In this document: one piece after another, positions 37,909-47,753 of the stretch
Numbering within the stretch: the first letter of the stretch is position 1
Layout: each line of letters starts with the position of its first letter
DNA from: an uncultured delta proteobacterium
GTDB lineage: Bacteria > Desulfobacterota > Binatia > Binatales > Binataceae
DNA: 64,000 nucleotides
Assembly: GCA_963711565.1 (NCBI GenBank)
Contig: CAVQEQ010000001.1
Span: 1,088,001-1,152,000 of the forward strand
Reading direction: 5' to 3'
Notes under the pieces: generated by a model
Told to the model about the DNA's origin: nothing
Databases searched by the model: none
Seen by the model: only the letters and a program-made list of their open reading frames with translations
Translations under genes and position numbers: made by a program

Positions 37909-38217
37909 TCACGCAGCGCGTTTGCGCGGTTGGACCTCGCGGGCGATTTTCGTCGCCAATTCGTCTTTGGCTTTTTCGAGGTCGTGGTCGCTCTGCAAGC
38001 CGAGCCAGAATTCCGCCGACGTGCCGAGATAGCGGGCGAGCCGAAGCGCGGTATCTGCCGAGATGGCGCGCTCACCCTTCACGATTTCCCCGATCCGATT
38101 GGCCGGCACGCGCAGGTCCATCGCGAGCCGATGAATGCTGATGCCGGTGGGGAGGATGAAATCTTCGTACAAGACCTCGCAGGGATGAAGCGGCGGTATT
38201 TTTTTAGCGCGAGCCAT
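37909..38217 (-). CDS. higA: HigA-family antitoxin (orphan)
   Basis: PLHPCEVL.EDF, LA.DLRVPANRI, RAISADTALRLARY, FWLGLQ. Confidence 0.9.
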   Translation of the reverse strand: MARAKKIPPLHPCEVLYEDFILPTGISIHRLAMDLRVPANRIGEIVKGERAISADTALRLARYLGTSAEFWLGLQSDHDLEKAKDELATKIAREVQPRKRAA

Positions 38218-38328
38218 GTCGGGGTGTCTCGACGCGCCGGCGCGCGAGATCCTTCGCTGCGCTCAGGATGACGCAAGAATAAGACGGTCACAAGAAAGTG
38301 CGCGGGTGAGCTTTTGTGACGTGATCGC

Positions 38329-38481
38329 AGAACCCTCACCTACCGGCCGCAATGCGGCCGGCCGCCTCTCCCGTAAAAAGCTCCCCTCACCCGCGCCAGA
38401 GGCGCGACCTTTCCCGCAACCGAGCTGGAGAGGCGAATAATAGGTTGCGAGGAACGCAACATCCTAACTGGGGCGAGGTAA
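38329..38481. repeat. Third copy of the ~150-bp family B composite
   Basis: Aligns with 29085-29236. Confidence 0.85.
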
Positions 38482-38548
38482 ATTCGCGGCCATTCTGGGT
38501 GGCTGCAGTGAAGGGTCTCGACGGACGTTTGCCAGCAGAGCAAAATCG

Positions 38549-39646
38549 CTACGCCTTAAAGCCTAAACGCGACGCTACTTGTGCCGCCGCGAGGGCTAGG
38601 GCGGGTGCCATTGGGCCCATCAGGGCGAAGCGGGGGTCTGTCGTTTGGCCGCGGACGTAGCGGACGTAGATTTGCTCGACGACGGTCGCGGTCTTCCAGT
38701 GCGCCCAAGCCCAGTAGTACGGCATCGCACTGACGTCGCGGCCGGTGCGGGTCGAATATCGGTGCAGCAGTTCGTCGCGGCCTAGAAACCCCGGGCGCAT
38801 CGTGTGCGCTTCACCCTGCGAGGTCGCGAGCAGCTCGGCGGGGTCGCTCTGGTCGCGCCAGTAGTTCATCACGATGCCGAGATCGACGAGCGGATCTCCA
38901 ATCGTGGACATTTCCCAGTCGAAGACGCCGACAATCTCGCCGTGATTCACCGCACCGACCATGACGTTGTGCAGATAGAAGTCGTTGTGCACGAGCACGG
39001 GCGGCGGCGAGACCGGCATGTTGTCGAGGAACCACGCGCCGAGTTTTTCCATCAGCGGCACTTCGCGCGTCTTGGCTTTTTCCCATCGCGCCATCCATCC
39101 GGTGATCTGGCGCTTCAGAAATCCGTCGGGCTTGCCGAGCGTTTCGAGCCCGATCGCCTTGTAATCGACGCCGTGCAAATCAGCGAGCGTGTCGATGAAT
39201 CCCTCGGACATCGCGCGGAAGGTAGCGGGGTCGTTGCCGAGCTCGGCGGGCAGCGGCTGGCGGTTCTTGATGACGATGCCGGTGCGGCGTTCCATAACGA
39301 AGAAAGGCGCGCCGATGATCGAGACGTCGTCGCTGTAGAGCATCCCGCGCGGCGCCGGCTTGAAGACTTCCCACAGGCGCGAGAGGACGCGGTACTCGCG
39401 GCCCATGTCGTGGCCGCCGACGGGCAGCGGGCCGAACAGCGGCAGGCGCACAACCCATTCGCGGTCGCCGAAGCGGAGCAGGTAGGTGAGATTCGACGAG
39501 CCGCCGCGGAACTGCTTGACGGTCATGGGCGCGTCGGCGCCGGGCAGTTGGCAATTGCGCAGATGGGCGATGAGCTTGCTCCAGTCGAGCTGCTCTTCCT
39601 CGCGAACGTCGCCGAATTCGACGGTGAGATCGATAGCTTCAGACAT
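38549..39646 (-). CDS. APH-family phosphotransferase (ACAD10/11 N-domain-like)
   Basis: GGSSNLTY, HDMGREY, PFFVME, HNDF..HN, DWEMSTIGDP. Confidence 0.9.
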   Translation of the reverse strand: MSEAIDLTVEFGDVREEEQLDWSKLIAHLRNCQLPGADAPMTVKQFRGGSSNLTYLLRFGDREWVVRLPLFGPLPVGGHDMGREYRVLSRLWEVFKPAPRGMLYSDDVSIIGAPFFVMERRTGIVIKNRQPLPAELGNDPATFRAMSEGFIDTLADLHGVDYKAIGLETLGKPDGFLKRQITGWMARWEKAKTREVPLMEKLGAWFLDNMPVSPPPVLVHNDFYLHNVMVGAVNHGEIVGVFDWEMSTIGDPLVDLGIVMNYWRDQSDPAELLATSQGEAHTMRPGFLGRDELLHRYSTRTGRDVSAMPYYWAWAHWKTATVVEQIYVRYVRGQTTDPRFALMGPMAPALALAAAQVASRLGFKA

Positions 39647-39657
39647 GCGAGATGCTA

Positions 39658-39849
39658 AATCCTTCGCCGGCGCTCAGGATGACTAAATCGAGGCAGCGAC
39701 TCGAAACCGGAACCGGCTTCGCGTGCGCGAAGCTGTCCGAGATCCTTCCTGCCGCTCGCGTTGCTCGCTTTGTCAGGATGACACAAAGAGCGAAGCTGCT
39801 CCGAGATGCTTCCAGTGCGGTCGCGTTGCTTGCTCCGGCCGAGATGACA
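39658..39849. repeat. Family C repeat cluster
   Basis: Three ..GATGAC-ending hairpins; 39701-39787 is an inverted match to 47754-47834. Confidence 0.75.
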
Positions 39850-39854
39850 AGGAC

Positions 39855-41044
39855 TCATTTATATTTGCGCAGTTCGCGGCGCGCGATTGTCATGCGATGC
39901 ACTTCGTCGGGGCCGTCGGCGATTCGGAGTGCGCGGCTGTCGCGCCACATCCGGGCGAGCGGGAAGTCGTCGCTGACGCCAGCCGCGCCGAAGACCTGGA
40001 TTGCGCGATCGAGCACGATCATCACCATGTTCGCGCACATCACTTTTATCATCGCGATCTCGTTGCGCGCGGCGCTTTTGCCCGCGGTGTCCATCTTCCA
40101 CGCCGCATGCATGACCATCAGGCGGCACGAGTCGATCTCGATTCTCGAGTTGGCGATCCATTCCTGGATGTTGGACTTGTCGGCGAGGAAGCTGCCGTGG
40201 GTGAAGCGCGTGCTCGCCCGCTTGCACATCAGCTCGAGCGCACGTTCCGCGATTCCGATCGTGCGCATGCAATGGTGGATGCGTCCGGGGCCGAGGCGCG
40301 CCTGCGAGATCGCGAAGCCGCCGCCTTCTTCGCCGAGCAGGTTGGTCACCGGCACGCGGCAATCCTTGTAGATTATTTCGCAATGCCCGCCGCCGCCCGT
40401 GTGGCCCATCACGGGCACCGGGCGAATCAGGTTGAATCCAGGAGTGTCGGTCGGAACGATTATCTGGCTGGCGCGGCGATGCGGTTCCGCGTCGGGGTCG
40501 GTCACGACCATCGCGATCGCGAAGGCCGATCCGATCGCATTCGAGGTGAACCATTTGTGGCCGTTGATCACGTAGTTGTCGCCGTCGCGAACGGCGCGCG
40601 TCTTGAGCTGCGTCGGGTCGGAGCCCGGAGTGTCAGGCTCGGTCATCGAGAAGCAGGTGCGGATTTCGCCGTCGAGGCATTTTTGCAGCCACTGCTTTTT
40701 CTGATCGGGAGTGCCGAACTCGGCGAGGATTTCCATGTTGCCGGTATCGGGCGCCATGCAGTTGAACGCGCGCGCGCCGATCGAGCTGCGGCCCATCAGC
40801 TCGCACAGCGGGGCGTACTCGTAGTTCTTGAGGCCGGCGCGAATTTTTCGTCGGGCAGGAAGAGGTTCCAGAGGCCTTCGGCCTTGGCTTTTCTGCGGAC
40901 GTCCTTCAGCGATTGCGGTTCGGTGTTGCCGCTCTCGCCCATCGCGCGCTGAACTTCTTTCTCGATGGGGAAAACGTACTGGTCCATGAAGTCGGAGACG
41001 CGCTTGCGCAACTGTTCGGTCTTGGGGGTCAGCGAAAAGTCCAT
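39855..41044 (-). pseudogene. Acyl-CoA dehydrogenase with a single-base frameshift near 40840
   Basis: AKAEGLWNLFLP / NYEYAPLCELMG..APDTGNME..SMTEP..ADGPDEVH split over two frames; adding one G restores FGAGL; may be an assembly error. Confidence 0.8.
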
Positions 41045-41152
41045 TTCGATCCTCGCGGGGAGTAATGATTTGTATCGCAACAGGTAACCCAGATTGGGAG
41101 GAAATGAAAGGCGAGCGTCGCAGATACTACTCAAAGCGGGGCGGGGGAAGAG

Positions 41153-41253
41153 GAGCCGCGGGCAGGGCCGCCCGCGCCACTGAAATCAACCAAAAGATCA
41201 ACCAAGTTTGCCAGGCTTGAGTTGAGTGGCGCGGGCCGCCGTGCCCGCGGCTC
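41153..41253. repeat. GTGG-tagged REP inverted doublet
   Basis: AGTGGCGCGGGC..GCCCGCGGCTC on opposite strands with a 43-bp spacer. Confidence 0.7.
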
Positions 41254-41283
41254 TTCGTGTTGCAGCAGCCTGGAGCGAGGGAA

Positions 41284-42027
41284 TCAGGATGCGGGTTTGC
41301 GCATTACGTAGAAGACGTAGCCGTAGGCGTCGTGATAGGCGCGGAAAATATCGTGCTCGCGAGTTGTTTCGTCGAGGGTTGCCAGCGCCTCGGGATCGGC
41401 GGCGTACTTTTCTCGCAGCTCTTCGACGCGGCGCTCGGAGGGGCCGTAGTAGTTGTTCCACCAGTCCTGCGCGGGGAGAACGAAGCCGTCCATGCTGACG
41501 TATCCCGCTTCCGCGACGATTTGGCAGTTGCTCTCGATCGAGCCCATCGCGGGGTAGCCGCGCGCCCAATATTCGGCAGCCTCGGCCGGCGGATCGGGCA
41601 TCAGCCAGGTGAGTTCGGATACGACGAGCCATCCGCCGGGCTTCAGGAAGCGGCGCCATGCGGCGAGACCGGTGGCGAATCCTTCGATATAGATGGCGCC
41701 TTCGGACCAGATCAGATCGAATGACGCGTCGCCGAAATCCATGTCGAACATCGAGGCGTTGACGGTCGTCACCTGCGAGAGAACCCCGGCCGCCTTGGCG
41801 CGTTCGGTCAGCTCGTCGAGGAATCGCTGGCGGATGTCGACCGCGACGATCCATCCGCCGGTGGCGCGCGCGAGGTCGATCGTCTGCGCGCCGGGACCGC
41901 ATCCGACGTCCAGGATTCGCGGCTGATCGGGCAGGCCGCGCACGAGGCCTAGCGCGCGCAGCGTTGCGGCCGCCGAGCCGGGAGCCTGTCGCGGCAGACC
42001 TTCTGTCAATTCGCGGAAAATGCTCAT
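41284..42027 (-). CDS. Class I SAM-dependent methyltransferase
   Basis: LPRQAPGS, LDVGCGPG, FDLIWSEGAIY, YGYVFYV. Confidence 0.9.
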   Translation of the reverse strand: MSIFRELTEGLPRQAPGSAAATLRALGLVRGLPDQPRILDVGCGPGAQTIDLARATGGWIVAVDIRQRFLDELTERAKAAGVLSQVTTVNASMFDMDFGDASFDLIWSEGAIYIEGFATGLAAWRRFLKPGGWLVVSELTWLMPDPPAEAAEYWARGYPAMGSIESNCQIVAEAGYVSMDGFVLPAQDWWNNYYGPSERRVEELREKYAADPEALATLDETTREHDIFRAYHDAYGYVFYVMRKPAS

Positions 42028-42079
42028 CTCCCCCGCGCAATACTGCCGCTCGACGCGGGGGAACTCAAACGCCCGGCGG

Positions 42080-42844
42080 TCAGGTGCGCGGCTTGTCGGC
42101 GGCGAAGCGGAGGCGAATGTAGTCGGCGAACCATTGGCCATCGGCGCCGCAGAGATTGGGACGCAGCGCTTCGCGAACCTCGTCGATGAAGGCGGCGCGA
42201 GCGCCGGCCGCCAGCGGCGCCATGAAGCTCTGCGCAAAGGTCTGGAGCCATCCGTTGATTTCGGTCGGCAACGGAGTCGGGCGCGGAATCAGCGCGATAT
42301 ACCTGACGGCGAAGCCGCGGCGTGCGAGCCGCGCGGAATAATCCTCGACGGTCGGGAAATACCACGGGTTGAGCGCGTCGCCGTCGATGCCGCGGCGGTG
42401 GAGTGCGTCGAGCAGCGCGCGCTTAATCGTCTCGACGCAGCCGTGGCCGCCGAACTCGCCGACGAAGCGGCCGCCGGGCCTGAGCGCGCGCCATACGCCG
42501 TCGATCACGTCGTCCGGCGGCTTCATCCAGTGGATCGCGGCGTTGCTGAAGACGGCGTCGAACTCGGTGTCGAAACAGAGACGCTCGCCGTCGGCGACGC
42601 GCGCGTCGAGGCCGAGGCGGCGTGCGGCTTCGACCTGGGGCGCACTCGAATCGACGCCGATGACGTCGCTTCCGATAGCGGCGACTTTCAGTGTGAGCGC
42701 TCCGTCACCGCATCCGAGGTCGAGGATTCGCTCGCCGGCGCGCGGCGCGAGCAGGTCGACGACCGGCGCGCCGAGGTCGGAGACGAAGCGGGCGTTGCGT
42801 GCGTATGCGTCGGGGTCCCAGCTTTGATTTGTAGGCGTAGCCAT
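42080..42844 (-). CDS. Class I SAM-dependent methyltransferase
   Basis: W.P..Y..NARFV, ILDLGCGDG, DAVFSNAA.HW, ADY.RLRF. Confidence 0.9.
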   Translation of the reverse strand: MATPTNQSWDPDAYARNARFVSDLGAPVVDLLAPRAGERILDLGCGDGALTLKVAAIGSDVIGVDSSAPQVEAARRLGLDARVADGERLCFDTEFDAVFSNAAIHWMKPPDDVIDGVWRALRPGGRFVGEFGGHGCVETIKRALLDALHRRGIDGDALNPWYFPTVEDYSARLARRGFAVRYIALIPRPTPLPTEINGWLQTFAQSFMAPLAAGARAAFIDEVREALRPNLCGADGQWFADYIRLRFAADKPRT

Positions 42845-42890
42845 ATGCTTAACTATAGTTAATAATCATCGCGAAGCGATAGTATTAAAT

Positions 42891-42943
42891 GTGAAACCCC
42901 TCCTGGGTTTCACGCTTCCGTGGGCAGGGGTAACCCCTGCACC
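42891..42943. repeat. Family A repeat (reverse orientation)
   Basis: GTGAAACCCCTCCTGGGTTTCACGCTTCCGTGGGCAGGGGTAACCCCTGCACC. Confidence 0.85.
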
Positions 42944-43016
42944 TTAGTATTAGGAATAGATGTCCCCGGGATCGCTTGACACATCTCGGTGTCTGGCGGC
43001 AGGCTCGATCATCGAG

Positions 43017-43355
43017 ATGATACCGAGGCTTCACAAGAGCGGCAGAACCACGACGCGTGCGATCGCGATTTTCGGCGCGGCGCTGCTGTTGCTCGTCTCG
43101 CAGACTATCGGCGTCGCTCATTTTCATGAGGGCACCGTTCCTCGCGACGGAATCGTAGCGCCGCAAGCCGGCACCGACCCGGGATTGTGTCCGGTTTGTC
43201 AATTGGCGCTGCATTCGCCGGGATCGGTCACCGCGGCAACGACGGTGGCGCGCGGGGCGGTGATGGCCGAGACGATATTTATCGCCGCGCCGACTCGACT
43301 CGAGTCGCCGGTGTTCTCGATCGCGCGTGTGCGCGCTCCGCCCGTTTCGCTCTAA
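43017..43355 (+). CDS. DUF2946/CruR-like leader protein with RAPP arrest motif
   Basis: N-terminal TM, HxH, CPVC, C-terminal RAPP; directly upstream of a TonB-dependent receptor. Confidence 0.75.
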   Translation: MIPRLHKSGRTTTRAIAIFGAALLLLVSQTIGVAHFHEGTVPRDGIVAPQAGTDPGLCPVCQLALHSPGSVTAATTVARGAVMAETIFIAAPTRLESPVFSIARVRAPPVSL

Positions 43356-43463
43356 GCCCCCTTTTCGACATATCCGATTTTCTTATGGCGCGCGCGATCG
43401 ATTCGCGCGGCCGCTCGCGTCTGAGGGGCGCGGGGGGAACTTTGAAAGAACGGGAGCTTTGCG

Positions 43464-45866
43464 ATGCGGAGGAATTTATTTGCGTGGATCCCGGTAGCTG
43501 GGATCCTGATTCAACTGGTCATTTGCATGCCGGCGGCAGCGGCTAATTTGAAGAAGACGATCACGAAATACCGAGTCACGGGCGTGGTGAAGGACGCGCT
43601 CGGCAGACCGATCAAACAGGCGGCACTGTCGATCCAGGGATCCAGTGGGCGGGTCGTGGCGCATGCGTTGAGCAACGATGCGGGAGAATTCTCGTTCAGC
43701 GTGAGCGGGCGCGGCGTTTACGCGGTCGTTGCGATCAGGCCCGGATTCAAGACGGCGACCACGATCGTTTCGGTCCCGGCGAAGGGCGCCGCGCCAGTGG
43801 TGGTTGCGATGGAAGCCGAGGCGGCGGTCAGTCTCGCGGTGGCGGCGACGCGGCTGGACCAGTCGCGCAATAGCTTGTCGCCAAACACGGGCGGCAGCAA
43901 GTACACGTTCACTGCCAAGGCGATTCAGCAGTTACCGCAGGGCGCGAACACGCCTTTGAACCAGGTGATACTGCAGGCGCCGGGCGTCGCGCAGGATTCC
44001 TACGGACAGATTCACGTGCGCGGCGACCACGCCAATCTTCAATACCGGATAAACGGGATTCAGCTGCCCGAAGGGATTACCGGCTTCGGACAGGTGCTTA
44101 GTCCGCGCTTCGCGCAGTCGATCAGCCTGCTGACCGGTGTGTTGCCGGCACAATACGGCCTGCGCACGGCGGGCATCGTCGATATCAAGACCAAGGACGG
44201 GTTGCTCGACCCCGTTGCCGACGTGGATTTTTACGGGGGTCAGCGCGGGACGACGCAGCCGAGCTTCCAGTACGGCGGATCGAAGGGCAACTTCAGCTAC
44301 TACATGACGGGGCAATACCTGGGTACGGATCGCGGTGTCGAGCCGCCGACCTCGGGGCCCACCGCGATTCACGATACGAGCAATCAGGGCGGCTTCTTCG
44401 GGTACTTTCAGTACCTGCTCAATTCGACGACCCGGCTGAGCTTGATCACCGGGACGGCGATCAATCATTTTCAAATTCCCGCGAATCCAGGGCAGCCGCA
44501 GGTGTTCATGCTGGCAGGGGTGCCGGTCTATCCGTCGGCGAAGGTGCGGGATAACCAGTTCGAGCAGAACTACTTCAACGTGCTGGCGCTCCAGGGCGTG
44601 ATTGGCGAAAACATCGACTACCAGATCGCACCGTTCAGCCGTTACTCGGCGGTCACCTTCAATCCGGACCATACCGGCGACCTGATCTATAACGGCGCCG
44701 CGGCGAAGGTTTTTCGCAGCGACTGGGGCAACGGTTTTCAGCTCGACACCGCTTATCACGGGATTGCCGATCATACATTCCGGCTCGGCGGGTATTTCGA
44801 TGCGGAGCGCGCCGAGATCGACAATCACGAGTCCACATTCCCCGCTATCGGTGGCGTCCAGTCGTCAGATGTTCCCATCTCGTTCGTCAACGACCTCGCG
44901 CTGCAGACCTGGATTTACAGCGGGTACATCCAGGACGAGTGGAAGCTGACGAAGACACTGACATTCAACTACGGCGTCCGCTTCGACCTGTACGACGGCC
45001 TGGTGCGGGCGGATCAGGCCAGTCCGCGCGCGGCGCTGGTGTACACTCCGTTCAAAGGCACGACACTGCACGCGGGCTATGCCCGTCAGATGACGCCGCC
45101 CGAGACCGAGCTGGTGTCGGTGAGCAATATCAAGCAGCTCGAAGGTACTACGGGGGCGCCACCTTCGAAGGGCAACGGCACTCCGACCGTGGAGCGCGAC
45201 CACCTGTTTGACGCGGGCGTGACGCAGGACATTCTTCCCGGCCTGAACGTCGGCATCGATTCGTATTACAAGAAGGCCTCCGACCTGATCGACGAAGGGC
45301 AGTTCGGGCCGGCGCTTATCTTCGAGACGTTCAACTACAACAAAGGACGCGTGTGGGGCGTCGAGTTCACGAGTTCGTACACTCACGAGAGCTTTTACGC
45401 TTACAACAACTTCGCCTACAGCGTCGCGCAGGGGACGCAGGTGGTGTCGGGACAGTTCAATTTCACGCCCGCCGAGCTCAGCTACATCAATAGTCACTAC
45501 GTGTTTCTCGATCACGATCAGACCTTCACCAATTCCGCCGGGGCAACGTACACCTGGCATGGATTCGGCTTCAGCATCGATGGAATTTACGGCAGCGGCC
45601 TGAGAAGCGGCTTCGCCAATACTGGGAACCTGCCGTTCTATGTCCAGGTCGACGCGGGCATCACGAAGCGTGTGCCGATTCCCAACAATGGCGGCACGCT
45701 CGAGTTTCGGACCGCGATTATTAATCTAGCCGATCGCACCTACCTGGTTCGAAATGGTACGGGAATCGGCGTGTTTGCCGACCAATACGGCCCTCGCCGG
45801 GCATTATACGGCGGGATAAAGTGGGAACTCCCCTTCACCAAGCCCGCCAGTGCGCAGACGCCATGA
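43464..45866 (+). CDS. TonB-dependent receptor with N-terminal carboxypeptidase-regulatory-like domain
   Basis: Signal peptide, QAPGVAQD..HVRG, LPAQYG..AGIVDI, YIQDEW, GVRFD, SPR. Confidence 0.92.
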   Translation: MRRNLFAWIPVAGILIQLVICMPAAAANLKKTITKYRVTGVVKDALGRPIKQAALSIQGSSGRVVAHALSNDAGEFSFSVSGRGVYAVVAIRPGFKTATTIVSVPAKGAAPVVVAMEAEAAVSLAVAATRLDQSRNSLSPNTGGSKYTFTAKAIQQLPQGANTPLNQVILQAPGVAQDSYGQIHVRGDHANLQYRINGIQLPEGITGFGQVLSPRFAQSISLLTGVLPAQYGLRTAGIVDIKTKDGLLDPVADVDFYGGQRGTTQPSFQYGGSKGNFSYYMTGQYLGTDRGVEPPTSGPTAIHDTSNQGGFFGYFQYLLNSTTRLSLITGTAINHFQIPANPGQPQVFMLAGVPVYPSAKVRDNQFEQNYFNVLALQGVIGENIDYQIAPFSRYSAVTFNPDHTGDLIYNGAAAKVFRSDWGNGFQLDTAYHGIADHTFRLGGYFDAERAEIDNHESTFPAIGGVQSSDVPISFVNDLALQTWIYSGYIQDEWKLTKTLTFNYGVRFDLYDGLVRADQASPRAALVYTPFKGTTLHAGYARQMTPPETELVSVSNIKQLEGTTGAPPSKGNGTPTVERDHLFDAGVTQDILPGLNVGIDSYYKKASDLIDEGQFGPALIFETFNYNKGRVWGVEFTSSYTHESFYAYNNFAYSVAQGTQVVSGQFNFTPAELSYINSHYVFLDHDQTFTNSAGATYTWHGFGFSIDGIYGSGLRSGFANTGNLPFYVQVDAGITKRVPIPNNGGTLEFRTAIINLADRTYLVRNGTGIGVFADQYGPRRALYGGIKWELPFTKPASAQTP

Positions 45867-45913
45867 AACGCAACGTGAGCGGCAGGCGTCAGATCGTAAG
45901 GAGAACTGACTAA

Positions 45914-46585
45914 ATGCAGGAACTAAGAACAGCGTGGCAGGCGATCCAGTACGGCGGCGCGATGGTCTATCCGCTGCTAGCGCTGGGCGTGCTTGCAATC
46001 GCGATTATTATCGACCGGGGCGTGCTGTACGCACGATGCCTGCGGATGCCGGCGGTGGTCGCGGACCTGGTCGAAACGTTCGGGTTTTCGTGGGCGGAAC
46101 TCGAAAAGCAGTTGAAACAGCTCGGGCCGCGCAACGCATACGGGCGCTTCCTGCAAGTAATTGCCGACAATCGCAACCAGCCCGCGTGGTGGGTCGAATC
46201 GAGAGCCGGCGACGAAGCGGGGCGAATCGAGAAGACGCTCGCGCGCGGACTGTGGGTGCTCGAGACGATTGTGACGGCGGCGCCGCTGCTCGGGCTGCTC
46301 GGCACTATCACGGGCATGATGCAGTCCTTCAACGTGATCGGCGCGTCAACGCTGGTGGCGCCGACGCAGGTGACGGCGGGCGTCGCGCAGGCACTGATCG
46401 CGACGGCGCTCGGCCTGCTGATCGCGGTGCTGGCGCTGTTCGCGTTCAACCTGTTTTCGCGAATGCAATCGCAGTCGCTCGACACGATGGAGCGGCTCGG
46501 CTCGCGGCTGGTCGATCATATCCGGCTCGACCAGGAGGGCGGTGAGGCTGCGCCCGGTCCGCGGTCGGCGGCGATGGCGCGATGA
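45914..46585 (+). CDS. exbB: ExbB/TolQ/MotA proton channel
   Basis: APLLGLLGTITGM, GVAQALIATALGL. Confidence 0.9.
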   Translation: MQELRTAWQAIQYGGAMVYPLLALGVLAIAIIIDRGVLYARCLRMPAVVADLVETFGFSWAELEKQLKQLGPRNAYGRFLQVIADNRNQPAWWVESRAGDEAGRIEKTLARGLWVLETIVTAAPLLGLLGTITGMMQSFNVIGASTLVAPTQVTAGVAQALIATALGLLIAVLALFAFNLFSRMQSQSLDTMERLGSRLVDHIRLDQEGGEAAPGPRSAAMAR

Positions 46586-46980
46586 AAATCCAGCGCGCAC
46601 GCCATTTTCGTCACGGCCGCATCGAGATCATCCCGATGATCGACGTGATGTTCTTTCTGCTGGTGACGTTCATGCTCGCGTCGCTGTCGATGCAGACCCT
46701 CAACTCGATCGCGGTCAATCTGCCCAAGGGCAACGCCGAATCGATGGAGCATCAGGAGCCGATCACGCTGACCGTCACGCACGACAGCAAAATTTTCATC
46801 GACAAGACGCCGACCACGCTCGATCAAATTGCGTTCATCCTCAAGCCGATGCTCAAGACGAACGACTTGGGCGTGGTGGTGAACGCGGACACCGACGCGC
46901 CCGAGGGGACGGTGGTTGAGGCGATGATCGAGGCGCGGCGCGCGGGCGTCGAGAAATTTCTGATCGCGGTGAAGCATTAG
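46582..46980 (+). CDS. exbD: ExbD/TolR
   Basis: IEIIPMIDVMFFLLVTFM. Confidence 0.92.
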   Translation: MKIQRARHFRHGRIEIIPMIDVMFFLLVTFMLASLSMQTLNSIAVNLPKGNAESMEHQEPITLTVTHDSKIFIDKTPTTLDQIAFILKPMLKTNDLGVVVNADTDAPEGTVVEAMIEARRAGVEKFLIAVKH

Positions 46981-46982
46981 CA

Positions 46983-47723
46983 GTGGCCGGAGCGGCTCAA
47001 ATAGCGATGCGACCGCCGGAGCTGGACGAACCGGCGCGGCGCCTGCTGTGGATCATTCCGCTATCGATCCTGGTCTGGGGGGCTCTGCTGAGCGTATTTT
47101 CTCTCATCCTGACTCGCACCGCGGTGTTTCCGCAGGCAGAGCAGACGCCGATTGAGGCGCGGCTGGTCGAGATACCGAAAGAAGTCGGCGGATTGCAGGG
47201 CAACGGTGGTGCGCTTCATCCGTCGGCGCCGGCGATTCCCCATCCCAAGCCCGCGCCGGTCGTCAAGCCTCATGTGAAAAAGGTCGCGCCGCTGCCGCCG
47301 GTTATTCGATCTCCCTACGGCACTGAAAAATCCACCGCCGCCCCAAGCGTCGAGGAAAAGCCCGGCACGAGCACGGGGAGCGCGTCGGAGAGTGGCGAAA
47401 GCGGCAGTGCTGGAACGGGAGAAGGCGAAGGCGGCGGCGGCGGAATCGGCACTGACACGGTGGGTGCGCGGGCGATTTACGCGCCGACGCCGGTGATACC
47501 CGACGACTTGCGCGAGGACGTTATCCAGACCGAAGCGGTCGCGCGCTTCAACGTTTCGTTCGACGGCACCAGTGAGGTGACGATGGAAAAGCCGACCTCG
47601 AGTCCGCGGCTCAACCAGGTGCTGCTCGACACCCTCAAGCAGTGGAAGTTTTTTCCGGCGGTGAAGAACGGCGTGGCGATCCCGTCGTCGTTCGAGGTTC
47701 GAATCCCGATTTCGGTGCAGTAG
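46983..47723 (+). CDS. tonB: TonB energy transducer
   Basis: N-terminal TM, Pro-rich linker, C-terminal WKFFPA..NG. Confidence 0.85.
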   Translation: MAGAAQIAMRPPELDEPARRLLWIIPLSILVWGALLSVFSLILTRTAVFPQAEQTPIEARLVEIPKEVGGLQGNGGALHPSAPAIPHPKPAPVVKPHVKKVAPLPPVIRSPYGTEKSTAAPSVEEKPGTSTGSASESGESGSAGTGEGEGGGGGIGTDTVGARAIYAPTPVIPDDLREDVIQTEAVARFNVSFDGTSEVTMEKPTSSPRLNQVLLDTLKQWKFFPAVKNGVAIPSSFEVRIPISVQ

Positions 47724-47753
47724 ATCCTCCTCTCTGTAGTGCTGTTTTTTGTT

